A stretch of DNA of 64,000 nt from positions 119,369 through 183,368 of the forward strand of contig CAWDRR010000002.1 in NCBI GenBank assembly GCA_963804785.1. Direction: 5' to 3'. Below the pieces are notes generated by a model. That model saw nothing but the letters and a program-made list of their open reading frames with translations. It had not been told where the DNA came from and did no database searches. Position 1 is the stretch's first letter. The number at the start of each line of letters is the position of its first letter. This document shows, piece by piece, positions 31,418 through 40,650 of the stretch. The stretch is from Candidatus Bathyarchaeota archaeon. Its GTDB lineage: Archaea > Thermoproteota > Bathyarchaeia > Bathyarchaeales > Bathycorpusculaceae. Position numbers and translations under genes: made by a program.

Positions 31418-31459
31418 TGTGGAAATCAATGGTGATGATGAGGTTCTGAAGGTGGAAAA

Positions 31460-31888
31460 ATGTCAAGGAAACTATCAGAAGAAGAATTGAAACTGATGAT
31501 GGAGTCAGGGTACTCTAAAAAAGCAATCGATCTGTACGTGAATAATGTTAACGTAGGCACATTAGAGAACGCTAGTGTCGTCACCACTTTTCTTGGTCCA
31601 TGTGGTGACCTCATAAAACTGTATTTACAAATTGGCAAAAAAGACAAAATTGAAGATGCTAAGTTCTATTATTTAGGCTGTCCTGGTTCAGCTGCTTCAG
31701 CGTCTGCGATGACTGTGCTATTGAAAGGCAAGACTGTTAATCAGGCAAAGAACATGACAGAAAGCGACATATTGAATGAGCTTGGTGGTTTACCAAAATT
31801 AAAGTCTGACTGTGCAAAGCTATCCATAAAGACCCTGCGAAAAGCTATTGCTGAATACGAGAAACAAAAAGGTCGCTCAGAAATATAG
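31460..31888 (+). CDS. IscU/NifU-N-like Fe-S scaffold
   Basis: GPCGD.IKLYL, GCPGSAASAS, LGGLP..K.DCA. Confidence 0.85.
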   Translation: MSRKLSEEELKLMMESGYSKKAIDLYVNNVNVGTLENASVVTTFLGPCGDLIKLYLQIGKKDKIEDAKFYYLGCPGSAASASAMTVLLKGKTVNQAKNMTESDILNELGGLPKLKSDCAKLSIKTLRKAIAEYEKQKGRSEI

Positions 31889-31932
31889 TTAATTTCCCAT
31901 TTTTTCTTAATTATATCCAGGCGGATAAGTAA

Positions 31933-32769
31933 ATGATTGTGTCTGTTGCTAGTGGAAAGGGTGGAACGGGAAAAACATCAGTTGCTGTGAACTTAGCTCT
32001 TTCAGTAGGCAATGTCCAACTTTTAGACTGTGACGTTGAAGAGCCGAACGCGTATTTGCTTTTGAATCCTGTAATTAATAGAAAAGAACCAGTTTACACC
32101 TTAATTCCGAAGGTAGATCGAGAACTTTGTAACACTTGTGGGGAATGCACAAAATTCTGTCAGTTCAACGCTATATTTGTAGCCTCTGAGAAAATTCTTG
32201 TTTTTCCAGATCTTTGCAGCAGCTGTGGCGGATGTGCTATGGTCTGCCCAAGAAAAGCGATCACTTGGGAAAAGCATGAAATCGGTTCACTGAATTTTGG
32301 TGCAACTGACGGAGTAGCTCTTGTTTATGGGGAGCTTGAAGTAAGCAAGCCTATGGCTGTTCCAGTCATAAAAGCTGTTAAAAAACAGATTAAAGAGGGG
32401 GAAAATGTGATTCTTGATTCTCCGCCTGGAACCTCATGCCCATTTGTGGAAACTGTTAGAGGTAGTGACTTCTGTATTTTAGTGACTGAACCTACTCCTT
32501 TTGGTTTGCATGACTTGAAGATAGCAGTTGAGGTTTTGCGAAGAATTGGGGTTCCTTTTGGTGTAGTTATTAACCGCGCTGGCATAGGTGACAAAAAAGT
32601 GTATGATTACTGTGGAAAAGAAAACATCCTTATTCTTTTGGAAATTCCTTATGAAAGAAGAATAGCTGAACTCTACTCTAAAGGCATTCCGTTTAGTTTG
32701 GAAATGCCTGAATGGGTGGATAAATTTCAAGGGCTCTACAGCAAAATTAAGGAGTTAGTCAGAAAATGA
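31933..32769 (+). CDS. MinD-superfamily P-loop ATPase with inserted ferredoxin domain (COG1149)
   Basis: [17 protein letters not shown], two CxxCxxCxxxC, DSPPGTSCP, VTEPTPFGLHDL. Confidence 0.9.
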   Translation: MIVSVASGKGGTGKTSVAVNLALSVGNVQLLDCDVEEPNAYLLLNPVINRKEPVYTLIPKVDRELCNTCGECTKFCQFNAIFVASEKILVFPDLCSSCGGCAMVCPRKAITWEKHEIGSLNFGATDGVALVYGELEVSKPMAVPVIKAVKKQIKEGENVILDSPPGTSCPFVETVRGSDFCILVTEPTPFGLHDLKIAVEVLRRIGVPFGVVINRAGIGDKKVYDYCGKENILILLEIPYERRIAELYSKGIPFSLEMPEWVDKFQGLYSKIKELVRK

Positions 32770-33641
32770 AGCAGTTAACTGTGTTAAGCGGCAAGGGCGG
32801 CACTGGCAAAACATCGATAACGGCTTCCTTTGCAGTTCTAGCGAAAAACACGGTGGTGGCTGACTGTGATGTTGACGCACCTGACCTGCACATGCTTCTG
32901 CATCCCGAAATAATTAAGACTCAAGCGTTTAAAGGGTCAAAGGTAGCTGTCATCGACGAAACAAAATGTGTCAAATGCGGTTTATGCAAAGAGAAATGTG
33001 CTTTCGACGCCATAAATAGTAATTTGAATGTTGACGTTATTGCCTGCGAAGGGTGCGGAGTCTGCGCATTTGTTTGCGCAAAAAATGCCATAACTTTGGC
33101 TGACAGGGTGTCTGGAGAGGCCTATATTTCAAAGACTAAATATGGCTTTATGTCACATGCTCTTCTTCATCCAGGTGAGTCGAATTCTGGAAAACTTGTG
33201 ACTCTGGTTCGGCAGAACGCCAAAATACTTGCCGAGAAGGAAAAGTGTAATCTGATCATTATTGATGGTTCACCGGGAATTGGCTGTCCTGTTATAGCTT
33301 CTATTACTGGAGTAGATGCTGCGTTGGTGGTTACGGAGCCGACTTTGTCGGGTATTCATGATCTTGAAAGGGTCCTGCAACTGCTAGACCACTTTAATGT
33401 TGCTGCATTTGTTTGCATAAACATGTACGATGTAAACACGGGCAACACTAACAAGCTTTTGAGTTTCTGCAGAGATAAAAGAATTGAAGTTGTTGGCTGC
33501 ATTCCCTTTAGCTCTGAGGTCACTCAGGCAATGGTTAATGGAAAAACAGTTGTTGAATACTCTCCTGAAAGCGGTGTTGCAGAAGAAATAACGAACATGT
33601 GGAACAAGATTAACCTATTTCTCGGTGAAGGGAAATCATAA
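32766..33641 (+). CDS. Second COG1149 ferredoxin-ATPase
   Basis: [18 protein letters not shown], two ferredoxin motifs, [15 protein letters not shown]. Confidence 0.9.
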   Translation: MKQLTVLSGKGGTGKTSITASFAVLAKNTVVADCDVDAPDLHMLLHPEIIKTQAFKGSKVAVIDETKCVKCGLCKEKCAFDAINSNLNVDVIACEGCGVCAFVCAKNAITLADRVSGEAYISKTKYGFMSHALLHPGESNSGKLVTLVRQNAKILAEKEKCNLIIIDGSPGIGCPVIASITGVDAALVVTEPTLSGIHDLERVLQLLDHFNVAAFVCINMYDVNTGNTNKLLSFCRDKRIEVVGCIPFSSEVTQAMVNGKTVVEYSPESGVAEEITNMWNKINLFLGEGKS

Positions 33642-34189
33642 TACCAGACTTCTTTTTTCTAACAAAAGGTGTGGGGAAACACAGAGAACAGTTACAGTCT
33701 TTTGAGTTGGCGTTAAGAGATGCAGGCATACAGCAATGCAATCTTGTTAATGTCTCAAGCATAGTGCCGCCAGGATGTAAAATGATTTCGAGAGAGCAGG
33801 GCTTGAAAATGTTGCAACCAGGAGAAATTACCTACGTGGTACAAGCCAAAAACTCCGCTAACGAACCGCACAGGTTGCTTGCATCATCAATAGGTGTTGC
33901 TATTCCATCAGGCAAAAACCAGTGTGGCTACTTGTCCGAACACCATTCCTTTGGGCAAACTGACGAGACCGCAGGCAACTACGCTGAAGACCTAGCTGCA
34001 ACTATGCTCGCAACAACCATGGGTATACAATTCGAGCCCGAAACCGCCTGGGATGAACGCAAACAACTCTTCAAAACCACAGGACTCATCATAAAAACAG
34101 CCAATACAACGCAGTCAGCTACTGGAGACAAGAATGGTTTTTGGACAACAACTGTGGCAACCGCTGTTTTTGTATCCCCGAAAAAATAA
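33638..34189 (+). CDS. pdaD: Pyruvoyl-dependent arginine decarboxylase; probable ATA start
   Basis: (M)[36 protein letters not shown] (Ser-Ser cleavage site), GYLSEHH. Confidence 0.88.
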   Translation: MIPDFFFLTKGVGKHREQLQSFELALRDAGIQQCNLVNVSSIVPPGCKMISREQGLKMLQPGEITYVVQAKNSANEPHRLLASSIGVAIPSGKNQCGYLSEHHSFGQTDETAGNYAEDLAATMLATTMGIQFEPETAWDERKQLFKTTGLIIKTANTTQSATGDKNGFWTTTVATAVFVSPKK

Positions 34190-34338
34190 AGACGCGAAAG
34201 CTATAATGAAGGTTAAAGTTTTTCTGTGAAAGTTCATATAGACTATTTTGCGCCCAGATGAAGGACTCTATTACGTTTTTCCAGATAGAAGAAGTTGGGC
34301 GTGTGCTTTAAATTTCAGTTGTAATAAATGATATTTGT

Positions 34339-34557
34339 ATGATGAAATATAGAGTTATCATCAATAGAGATCGGTGCATAGATTGTGGCATATCAACTGG
34401 GCAATGTCCCACTCACGCAAAGACTCTATCACAACTACTGAGCGAGAACCGAAAAGATATGTCTGTGGGAGTTTTCTCTGAGGACATCTACGAACGCGTC
34501 AAAAAGCTTGCCGAAGCTTGTCCGGTCAAGGCAATAATAATTAAGAAGATTGAATAG
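34339..34557 (+). CDS. Atypical monocluster ferredoxin
   Basis: CIDCGISTGQCP and EACPVKAI. Confidence 0.75.
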   Translation: MMKYRVIINRDRCIDCGISTGQCPTHAKTLSQLLSENRKDMSVGVFSEDIYERVKKLAEACPVKAIIIKKIE

Positions 34558-34870
34558 TTCTGGGCAATACCCATACTTTATTTTTCAAAAACAAAAACAC
34601 TAGAGTATATTTGTATGTTTAATAAAAAGATTATTGTCAGATTGTTTATTTTCTAAACTATTCTTCTTCGTACTCTTATTAAGATGGGCAAACAGAGTTT
34701 TAGTTTCCAAAAACACCGGATTTGATTAACCGTGAACGGTTGTGATGCCTATTTGATCTCGGCAAACCGCCACGGTCGTTCTTATTTGAGATCCAGCCTG
34801 TTGAATTTCTCTGGCCTTAGCTTTCTTAAAAGACTCTGCTACGTCACTTTTGTTTGAGAGCAACAATAAG

Positions 34871-35212
34871 CTATTTTGTTTCGTTATCGTTTTGAACGTT
34901 TTTACTTGGCGTAGATGTGACTATATAGATTGGTCTTCCTTCACTGAGGGCTTGCGCCGCTTTTCTTCTTGTGCTTTGAACAAGTCTCCAGATGGTTCCT
35001 CTTGAGATGCTCATTCTTTGCCCAGCCTCCTCCTGTGACAAACCCTCCTTATCAACCAGTCTCAAGGCTTCGATTTCCGCAAATTCAATGAATACTGGTT
35101 CAAGGTTCCTTGATGGATTAGGCGTAAAGCTGGTTATAGGCGGAAAACCCTCTAAGGTAACAGGTTTTGGAAATCGCCCTCTTCCACCACAACGATGTCT
35201 TCCTCGCCACAT
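34871..35212 (-). CDS. DUF134-family HTH protein
   Basis: GRFPKP, EIEALRLVD.EGLSQEEAG.RM.ISRGT.WR. Confidence 0.88.
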   Translation of the reverse strand: MWRGRHRCGGRGRFPKPVTLEGFPPITSFTPNPSRNLEPVFIEFAEIEALRLVDKEGLSQEEAGQRMSISRGTIWRLVQSTRRKAAQALSEGRPIYIVTSTPSKNVQNDNETK

Positions 35213-35249
35213 AACAGATTTTCCTCTCTCGAGACTGTTTGCCTTTCGC

Positions 35250-35408
35250 TCAGTACGTTAATAGATTCTCTGTTTCTTCGAGAACCCATTCTAACGCTTG
35301 CTTTGCTGCTTTTCTAGCGATGATTTCAAATTCAGTGAATGGTCCATTGGTTAGTGTCTCATTTTCAAGATTCTTCAGGCTTTTTCTGATTTCTTGCTCT
35401 GTTTTCAT
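35250..35408 (-). CDS. 52-aa hypothetical protein (not in ORF track)
   Basis: MKTEQEIRKSLKNLENETLTNGPFTEFEIIARKAAKQALEWVLEETENLLTY, upstream of and co-oriented with the DUF134 gene. Confidence 0.55.
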   Translation of the reverse strand: MKTEQEIRKSLKNLENETLTNGPFTEFEIIARKAAKQALEWVLEETENLLTY

Positions 35409-35462
35409 GTTCTTCACACTTCGATACCTTGTCCGTTTCGGTTCCTTAAATGAAGTTTATGT

Positions 35463-35523
35463 TGTGCAGAACTTTTATATATTTCTGTGCATTATCACAT
35501 AAATAATTATGTGCATAAACACA
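35463..35523. promoter_or_regulatory. Repeated TGTGCA(N4)CACA boxes, candidate DUF134 operator
   Basis: TGTGCATTATCACA (35486), TGTGCATAAACACA (35510) and partial TGTGCAG (35463), 23-24 bp apart around TTTTATATA. Confidence 0.55.
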
Positions 35524-35551
35524 AAAATAAATTGAAAGAGGTGAAACAAAA

Positions 35552-35917
35552 ATGGGATATAGAAGAAGAGCTTATTTCGATGAGTTGCCCGGCAGAGGGC
35601 CATTTAGTCACTTGCCACCATGGCAAAGACCTGGACATGCATACGGCGGCAGAGGTTATGGAAGAGGACGGGGCGCTAATCCGCAGACATGTGCAAGATT
35701 TCCGGTGCTTCCAAGATGGTGGTGGGCAAACCCAACAAACACATATCAGTCTCCAACGCCTACGCCACAAGATGAACTAGCCGCATTAGAAGACTCCAAA
35801 AAGCAACTCAACGAAGAGAAAGCCAGCATAGAGCAAGAAATCAACGACATAGAAACTCATTTAAAAGAATTAAAAACAAAGCTTGAATCAGAGAAAAAGC
35901 AACCAACAGGTCAGTAA
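35552..35917 (+). CDS. DUF5320-like protein (Gly/Arg-rich N-terminus, coiled-coil C-terminus)
   Basis: PGRGPFSHLPPWQRPG, GRGYGRGRG, C.RFP.LPRWWW, heptad tail; GAGGTGA SD. Confidence 0.75.
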   Translation: MGYRRRAYFDELPGRGPFSHLPPWQRPGHAYGGRGYGRGRGANPQTCARFPVLPRWWWANPTNTYQSPTPTPQDELAALEDSKKQLNEEKASIEQEINDIETHLKELKTKLESEKKQPTGQ

Positions 35918-36113
35918 CAATGTCAAGTTTGATTAGCAAAAAGCCTTTCAACATTTCAAGAGCGCACATGAGCGTGACTTGTACGAGCGCAATTTTTCCC
36001 CTTTTTTGGGTAGCAATTAGACTCCAAATCGAAAAGTTATCGGTTTTCAAAATAAAATTAGAATGTTTAAGTAAGAAATAAGGTAGCAACTTCGAAAAAT
36101 AGATGAATCGGAA

Positions 36114-37379
36114 ATGAGCGAAAATAGAATTTCGTTTAGAAAGGGAGAAAAAGCAGCAAAGCTTTCCACAATTGTTCTTCTAGTACTCGGCATCATAAAA
36201 GGGATTGTGGCCGTTGTTAGTGGTAGCGTAGCTCTTTTGGCAGGTACTATCGACTCATTCGCAGATGTTTTTTCTTCGATTGCAGTTTGGATGGGACTCA
36301 GAATCGCAAAGAAAAAACCCACCGAGAGATTTCCTTATGGATACTATAAAGCAGAAACATTTGCGTTACTGACAGTGTCTACGATACTTGTGGCATCGAG
36401 TATTTTGATCATGTTGGAGTCTTTTCAGAAGTTTTTTGAGATCTACGTTATCTCATTTTCGGACATAGCATTACTTGTGTCCGCTTTATCCGCGATTATC
36501 TATTTTCTGCTTGCTAAATATAAGGGGCGAGTGGGGCGCCAAATTGGTTCACAGGCGTTAATCAGTGAAGGTTTGCATTCTATGATAGATGTTTACACCT
36601 CTATGTTGGTTTTCGTCGGCGTTTTTCTAGGTGTGCTTGGTTTTCAAGTTGGTGAAGCTCTAATAGGCTTTGTGATGGGTGCATATGTGTTGGCAAGGGG
36701 ATTATGGTTTGGAAAAGATACCGTGCTGGTTTTGATGGATGTTTCGCCGAGTCCGCAGAGAGGTAAGGAAATGAAGGAAATAGCTGAGAGTGTTCACGGC
36801 GTTAAGGGGACTCATGAGGTTAGATTGCGAAAATCTGGTCCTGTGTTCTTTGGTGAGATACATCTGGAATTGCAGGAGGGGCTTTCTCTGGAAAAAGCGC
36901 ACGTTATATCCGAGGAAGTAGAAAATAGAATCAAGGAACGTTTCAAAGACTTAGAGTTAGTAACTGTTCATGTGGGGCTTGCACATAGGAAAAAAACAAG
37001 GATCGCTATTCCAATAAAAGAAGACAAAGGCATGGATTCGTCAGCTGTTCTACATTTTGGAAGCGCCCCTTATTTTGCCTTCATAGAGGTTGAAGAAGGA
37101 CAAATTGTGAGTTTCAATATTAGAAAGAACGAAGGAGCAACACTGTCGCATAAGAAAGGGATACAAGCTGCCAATCTTTTGGTAGAAGAAAAGGTTGATG
37201 TTGTACTGGCCGGGAGCATTGGAGAAGGGCCTTTTCACGTATTGGGCGACAATCTCGTACAGGTTTATTATCTTCCAAAATCTGTGGAAATCCGAGAGGC
37301 AGTTCGCCTCCTGAATCAAAACTTGTTAATAAAAATGGTGTCGCCGACCGAAAAGCTTGAAGAGGATAAAATCAAATGA
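36114..37379 (+). CDS. Cation diffusion facilitator fused to a C-terminal NifX-like domain
   Basis: SVALLA..IDS..D, FPYGYYKAE, H..ID, R.RKSG CTD, then IAIP..HFGSAPYF..IGEGPF. Confidence 0.88.
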   Translation: MSENRISFRKGEKAAKLSTIVLLVLGIIKGIVAVVSGSVALLAGTIDSFADVFSSIAVWMGLRIAKKKPTERFPYGYYKAETFALLTVSTILVASSILIMLESFQKFFEIYVISFSDIALLVSALSAIIYFLLAKYKGRVGRQIGSQALISEGLHSMIDVYTSMLVFVGVFLGVLGFQVGEALIGFVMGAYVLARGLWFGKDTVLVLMDVSPSPQRGKEMKEIAESVHGVKGTHEVRLRKSGPVFFGEIHLELQEGLSLEKAHVISEEVENRIKERFKDLELVTVHVGLAHRKKTRIAIPIKEDKGMDSSAVLHFGSAPYFAFIEVEEGQIVSFNIRKNEGATLSHKKGIQAANLLVEEKVDVVLAGSIGEGPFHVLGDNLVQVYYLPKSVEIREAVRLLNQNLLIKMVSPTEKLEEDKIK

Positions 37380-37477
37380 GAAATCAATCTTCTTTTTGAA
37401 ACGAGGTTGCATGTTTAAGACTGCGACTGAGAAATTATCTTCGCAATTTTTTTAACATGAATAGCTATTTCAATTTT

Positions 37478-37523
37478 GTTTATTTTATAAACGCAATATT
37501 TTAATAATGTTTAGCTATTAAAC
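37478..37523. promoter_or_regulatory. Paired 15-bp operator boxes C, upstream of the stand-alone cdhA
   Basis: GTTTATTTTATAAAC (37478) and GTTTAGCTATTAAAC (37509) flanking ATTTTAATA. Confidence 0.75.
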
Positions 37524-37551
37524 TAAATCTTAAAAGTACATCCACTGAGGT

Positions 37552-39906
37552 TTGAAATTGACCAGCAAAAACGTACATGTAAAAATTGGCGAAATGAAAA
37601 CCAGCATTGGTTATATCAAGAATCTGGAATTATCCATAGGAAAAGTTGTCGATGACTCTTGGTCGGAGCCTATGGGACCAACACCGATGCCTGGTTTAAC
37701 TACCCTGAGAAAATGGGATATGAAACTTCTCAACAAGTACAAGCCCTTTTACATGCCCGACTGTGACCTTTGCTGTCTCTGCACGTATGGGAAATGTGAC
37801 TTGACAGCGGGTAAACGCGGAGCTTGCGGTCTTAACATTGCCGCCCAATCATCCCGCATAGTCCTCTTAGCTTGCAGCATAGGTGCAGCTACTCACACTG
37901 GACATGCTCGACACGTAGTTGACCACCTAATCGAAAAGTATGGTCGTCGATATCCTTTGGATGTAGGTGGCTTAAACGTCAAGGTTGAAGCCCCAGTCAC
38001 AAGGCTTGTCACTGGAATAAAACCTGAAACGCTAGGTGACCTAGATGAAGTTCTGGAATATTGCGAAAAACAAATCACACACCTGCTCTCCGTTGCACAC
38101 ACGGGTCAAGAAGCAAGTAACTTGGATTTTGAATCAAAGGCTTTGCACGCAGGCAGAATTGACCAAGTAGGAATGGAAGTCGCAGACATAGCCCAAATTT
38201 CAACATTAAACTTCCCGAAAGCTGACCCCGAAGCCCCACTAATACAAATGGGCATCGGAACAGTCGACACATCAAAACCAGTCATAATGTGCATTGGTCA
38301 CAACGTCGTACCTTCCGTTGGAATAATTGATTATATGAAAGACAACAAACTTGATGACAAGATGGAAGTCGTAGGCTTATGCTGCACTGCCATAGACAAC
38401 ACAAGATACTTTGAACGAGCAAAAATCGTCGGACCAATTTCATGGGAACTCCGCTTCATACGCGGCGGATTTGCCGACGTAGTGGTTTTGGACGAACAAT
38501 GTGTACGAACAGATGCTTCCCTGGAGGCTGAACGCGTCAAAGCACCCGTTATAGCTGCGTCAGAGAAAAACTGCATAGGCTATGAGGATCGCACAAACGA
38601 CCCTGCAGATGAAATAGTGACAGACTTGGTAAGCCTCAAAGTTCCTGGCGTTTTGATTCTTGACCCAGAAAAAGTGGGGGAAGTCGCTGTAAGAGTTGCT
38701 CACAAAATCGCTCCAATACGTAAGAAAATGAAGTCTCTACCAGAGCTAGACGAAATCAAAGAACTGGCAAAGAAATGTAGAAATTGCAATATGTGCCAAA
38801 GAAGCTGTCCACAAGACCTCAAAATCCCAGTCGCAATTAAAGCCGCGGCTGAAGGAAATCTTGCTCCGCTTGCTGAATTGTACGAAGAATGCATCGGTTG
38901 CGGACGATGCGAACAAGCATGCCCAGTCAAACTTGAAATCCATAGCTTCATACTCAAAGTCGGTGAGAAAAACATGCTTGAGGAAAAGAACTATTGTCGT
39001 TCAGGCAGAGGCGCTATTCAAGACGTAGAAATCAGAAGTGCTGGGGGTCCAATTGTGCTCGGTGAAATTCCTGGTATTGTCGCAGTGGTAGGTTGCGCTA
39101 ATTATCCGCATGGTGGAAAAGACGTTTACGATATATGTAGAGAATTTGCTCTTCGTCGCTTTATAGTGGTTACTTCTGGTTGTTCAGCCATGTCTGCAGG
39201 TTCCTACAAAAACGAAGAAGGCAAGACACTCTACGAGGAATTCCCAGGTGGCTTTCAGGCTGGCGGTGTACTTAATGTCGGTTCTTGCGTTTCAAACCCT
39301 CACATTGCAGGTGCAGCCATAAAAGTTGCAAACATATTTGCAAAGAGGAACCTCCGCGGTAACTATGAGGAGATCGCTGATTATATCCACAATCGCGTCG
39401 GTGCAGTTGGTTTAGCATGGGGTGCATATTCACAGAAAGCAGCGTCAATCGCTTCTGGTTTCTGGAGCTTAGGTGTTCCAGTTCTTGTCGGTCCACACGG
39501 CTGCAAATATCGTCGCATGTTATTGGGCAGAGCGGACAAGCCTGAAAACTGGGAAGTTTACGATGCACGTACAGGCGACATAGTGAACGTTGGTCCCGCA
39601 CCTGAACATCTGTTCCAAACAGTTGAAACTCCGCAGGAAGCCATGGTCTCCATTGCAAAGCTATGCATAAGGCCCAACGACACATGGAAAGGGCGCTCAA
39701 TAAAACTTTCACACTACATTGATTTGCACAAACGTCATTACGGACTAATGCCGCCAGATATTCACTTGTTCGTGCGGACACCAGCTGACATACCCATGAC
39801 CATGAAAGGTGAAATAATCGAGATCCTGAAAGCAAAAGATTGGAAGGAATCAATTATTCCTGACCCGACAATGCTTCCTAGAATGATAAGGAAAACTAAG
39901 GAGTGA
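37552..39906 (+). CDS. cdhA: CO dehydrogenase ACDS alpha subunit, stand-alone copy (intact)
   Basis: GPTPMP, CDLCCLCTYGKC, IGHN, LCCT, DEQC, two ferredoxin motifs, VGC, SGC, GSCVSN, SQKA. Confidence 0.95.
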   Translation: MKLTSKNVHVKIGEMKTSIGYIKNLELSIGKVVDDSWSEPMGPTPMPGLTTLRKWDMKLLNKYKPFYMPDCDLCCLCTYGKCDLTAGKRGACGLNIAAQSSRIVLLACSIGAATHTGHARHVVDHLIEKYGRRYPLDVGGLNVKVEAPVTRLVTGIKPETLGDLDEVLEYCEKQITHLLSVAHTGQEASNLDFESKALHAGRIDQVGMEVADIAQISTLNFPKADPEAPLIQMGIGTVDTSKPVIMCIGHNVVPSVGIIDYMKDNKLDDKMEVVGLCCTAIDNTRYFERAKIVGPISWELRFIRGGFADVVVLDEQCVRTDASLEAERVKAPVIAASEKNCIGYEDRTNDPADEIVTDLVSLKVPGVLILDPEKVGEVAVRVAHKIAPIRKKMKSLPELDEIKELAKKCRNCNMCQRSCPQDLKIPVAIKAAAEGNLAPLAELYEECIGCGRCEQACPVKLEIHSFILKVGEKNMLEEKNYCRSGRGAIQDVEIRSAGGPIVLGEIPGIVAVVGCANYPHGGKDVYDICREFALRRFIVVTSGCSAMSAGSYKNEEGKTLYEEFPGGFQAGGVLNVGSCVSNPHIAGAAIKVANIFAKRNLRGNYEEIADYIHNRVGAVGLAWGAYSQKAASIASGFWSLGVPVLVGPHGCKYRRMLLGRADKPENWEVYDARTGDIVNVGPAPEHLFQTVETPQEAMVSIAKLCIRPNDTWKGRSIKLSHYIDLHKRHYGLMPPDIHLFVRTPADIPMTMKGEIIEILKAKDWKESIIPDPTMLPRMIRKTKE

Positions 39907-39912
39907 TTATGA

Positions 39913-40452
39913 ATGTCCTGTGAACCTTGGCAATGTGCAGAAATAGCTGCCACAAAGAAAGCAAACCCCATTCAAAAACCCGAGATAGCAGTAGCAATGA
40001 TAAAGAAAGCCGCTCGCCCATTACTTGTCGTTGGCAGTAATGTAATCGACCGTTTCATGGAAGGCAAGCCCCCAATCGACTTCATCATTGACCTCGCCAA
40101 AGCTTCAAACGTTCAAGTCGTTGCTACCGCACACATTGTCGGCGAATTCCTCAAACGAGGATATGAGCCAGCAGGCTTCATGTCCGCAATGGACATAGGA
40201 AACCGTTTAGTTGACCCAACTTGGCAAGGCTTAGGCGGCAAAGGACACCCTGACCTAGCCATGTTTGTAGGTCTCCCCTATTACATGGAGGCTCTTATTC
40301 TGTCAGGGCTCAAGCACTTCGCTTCAGACTTGAAAACCATGACCTTAGACAACATGTATCACCCACATGCAACCTGGTCCTTCCCAAATGCCAGCTTAGA
40401 GGAGTGGGCTAACAACCTCAAAGGTATGACTTCAAAATTTGAAGAAAAATAA
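39913..40452 (+). CDS. cdhB: ACDS epsilon subunit, copy 1
   Basis: EPWQ, MIKKAARPLLVVG, W.GL.GKG, LSGLKHF, HPHATWSF. Confidence 0.92.
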   Translation: MSCEPWQCAEIAATKKANPIQKPEIAVAMIKKAARPLLVVGSNVIDRFMEGKPPIDFIIDLAKASNVQVVATAHIVGEFLKRGYEPAGFMSAMDIGNRLVDPTWQGLGGKGHPDLAMFVGLPYYMEALILSGLKHFASDLKTMTLDNMYHPHATWSFPNASLEEWANNLKGMTSKFEEK

Positions 40453-40455
40453 TGA

Positions 40456-40498
40456 AATACGCGCTAATTCCATGGCGCGTATTCTATTATCTCTTTTT
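40456..40498 (+). terminator. Hairpin plus T-rich tract after cdhB copy 1
   Basis: AATACGCGC-N10-GCGCGTATT followed by CTATTATCTCTTTTT. Confidence 0.55.
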
Positions 40499-40650
40499 AG
40501 AAAAAACGACCTATTTTTTTTATATTTTCCTTTAGAAAGCAGTCGAATAAATTCTCAAAAATTTCCCCAAAAACAGAAAAGCTTACAACTTAAAATTTTT
40601 CGATAAATCTTTCAAAACATGCTTCACCAAACTACTATATACATGTATTT

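Noticed and set aside
34680-34760. Fluoride riboswitch-like words (AACCG..., TGATGCCTA)
   Set aside because: No P1 stem or GAUGGnnUUC 5' element at the right spacing, and no fluoride-related gene downstream.
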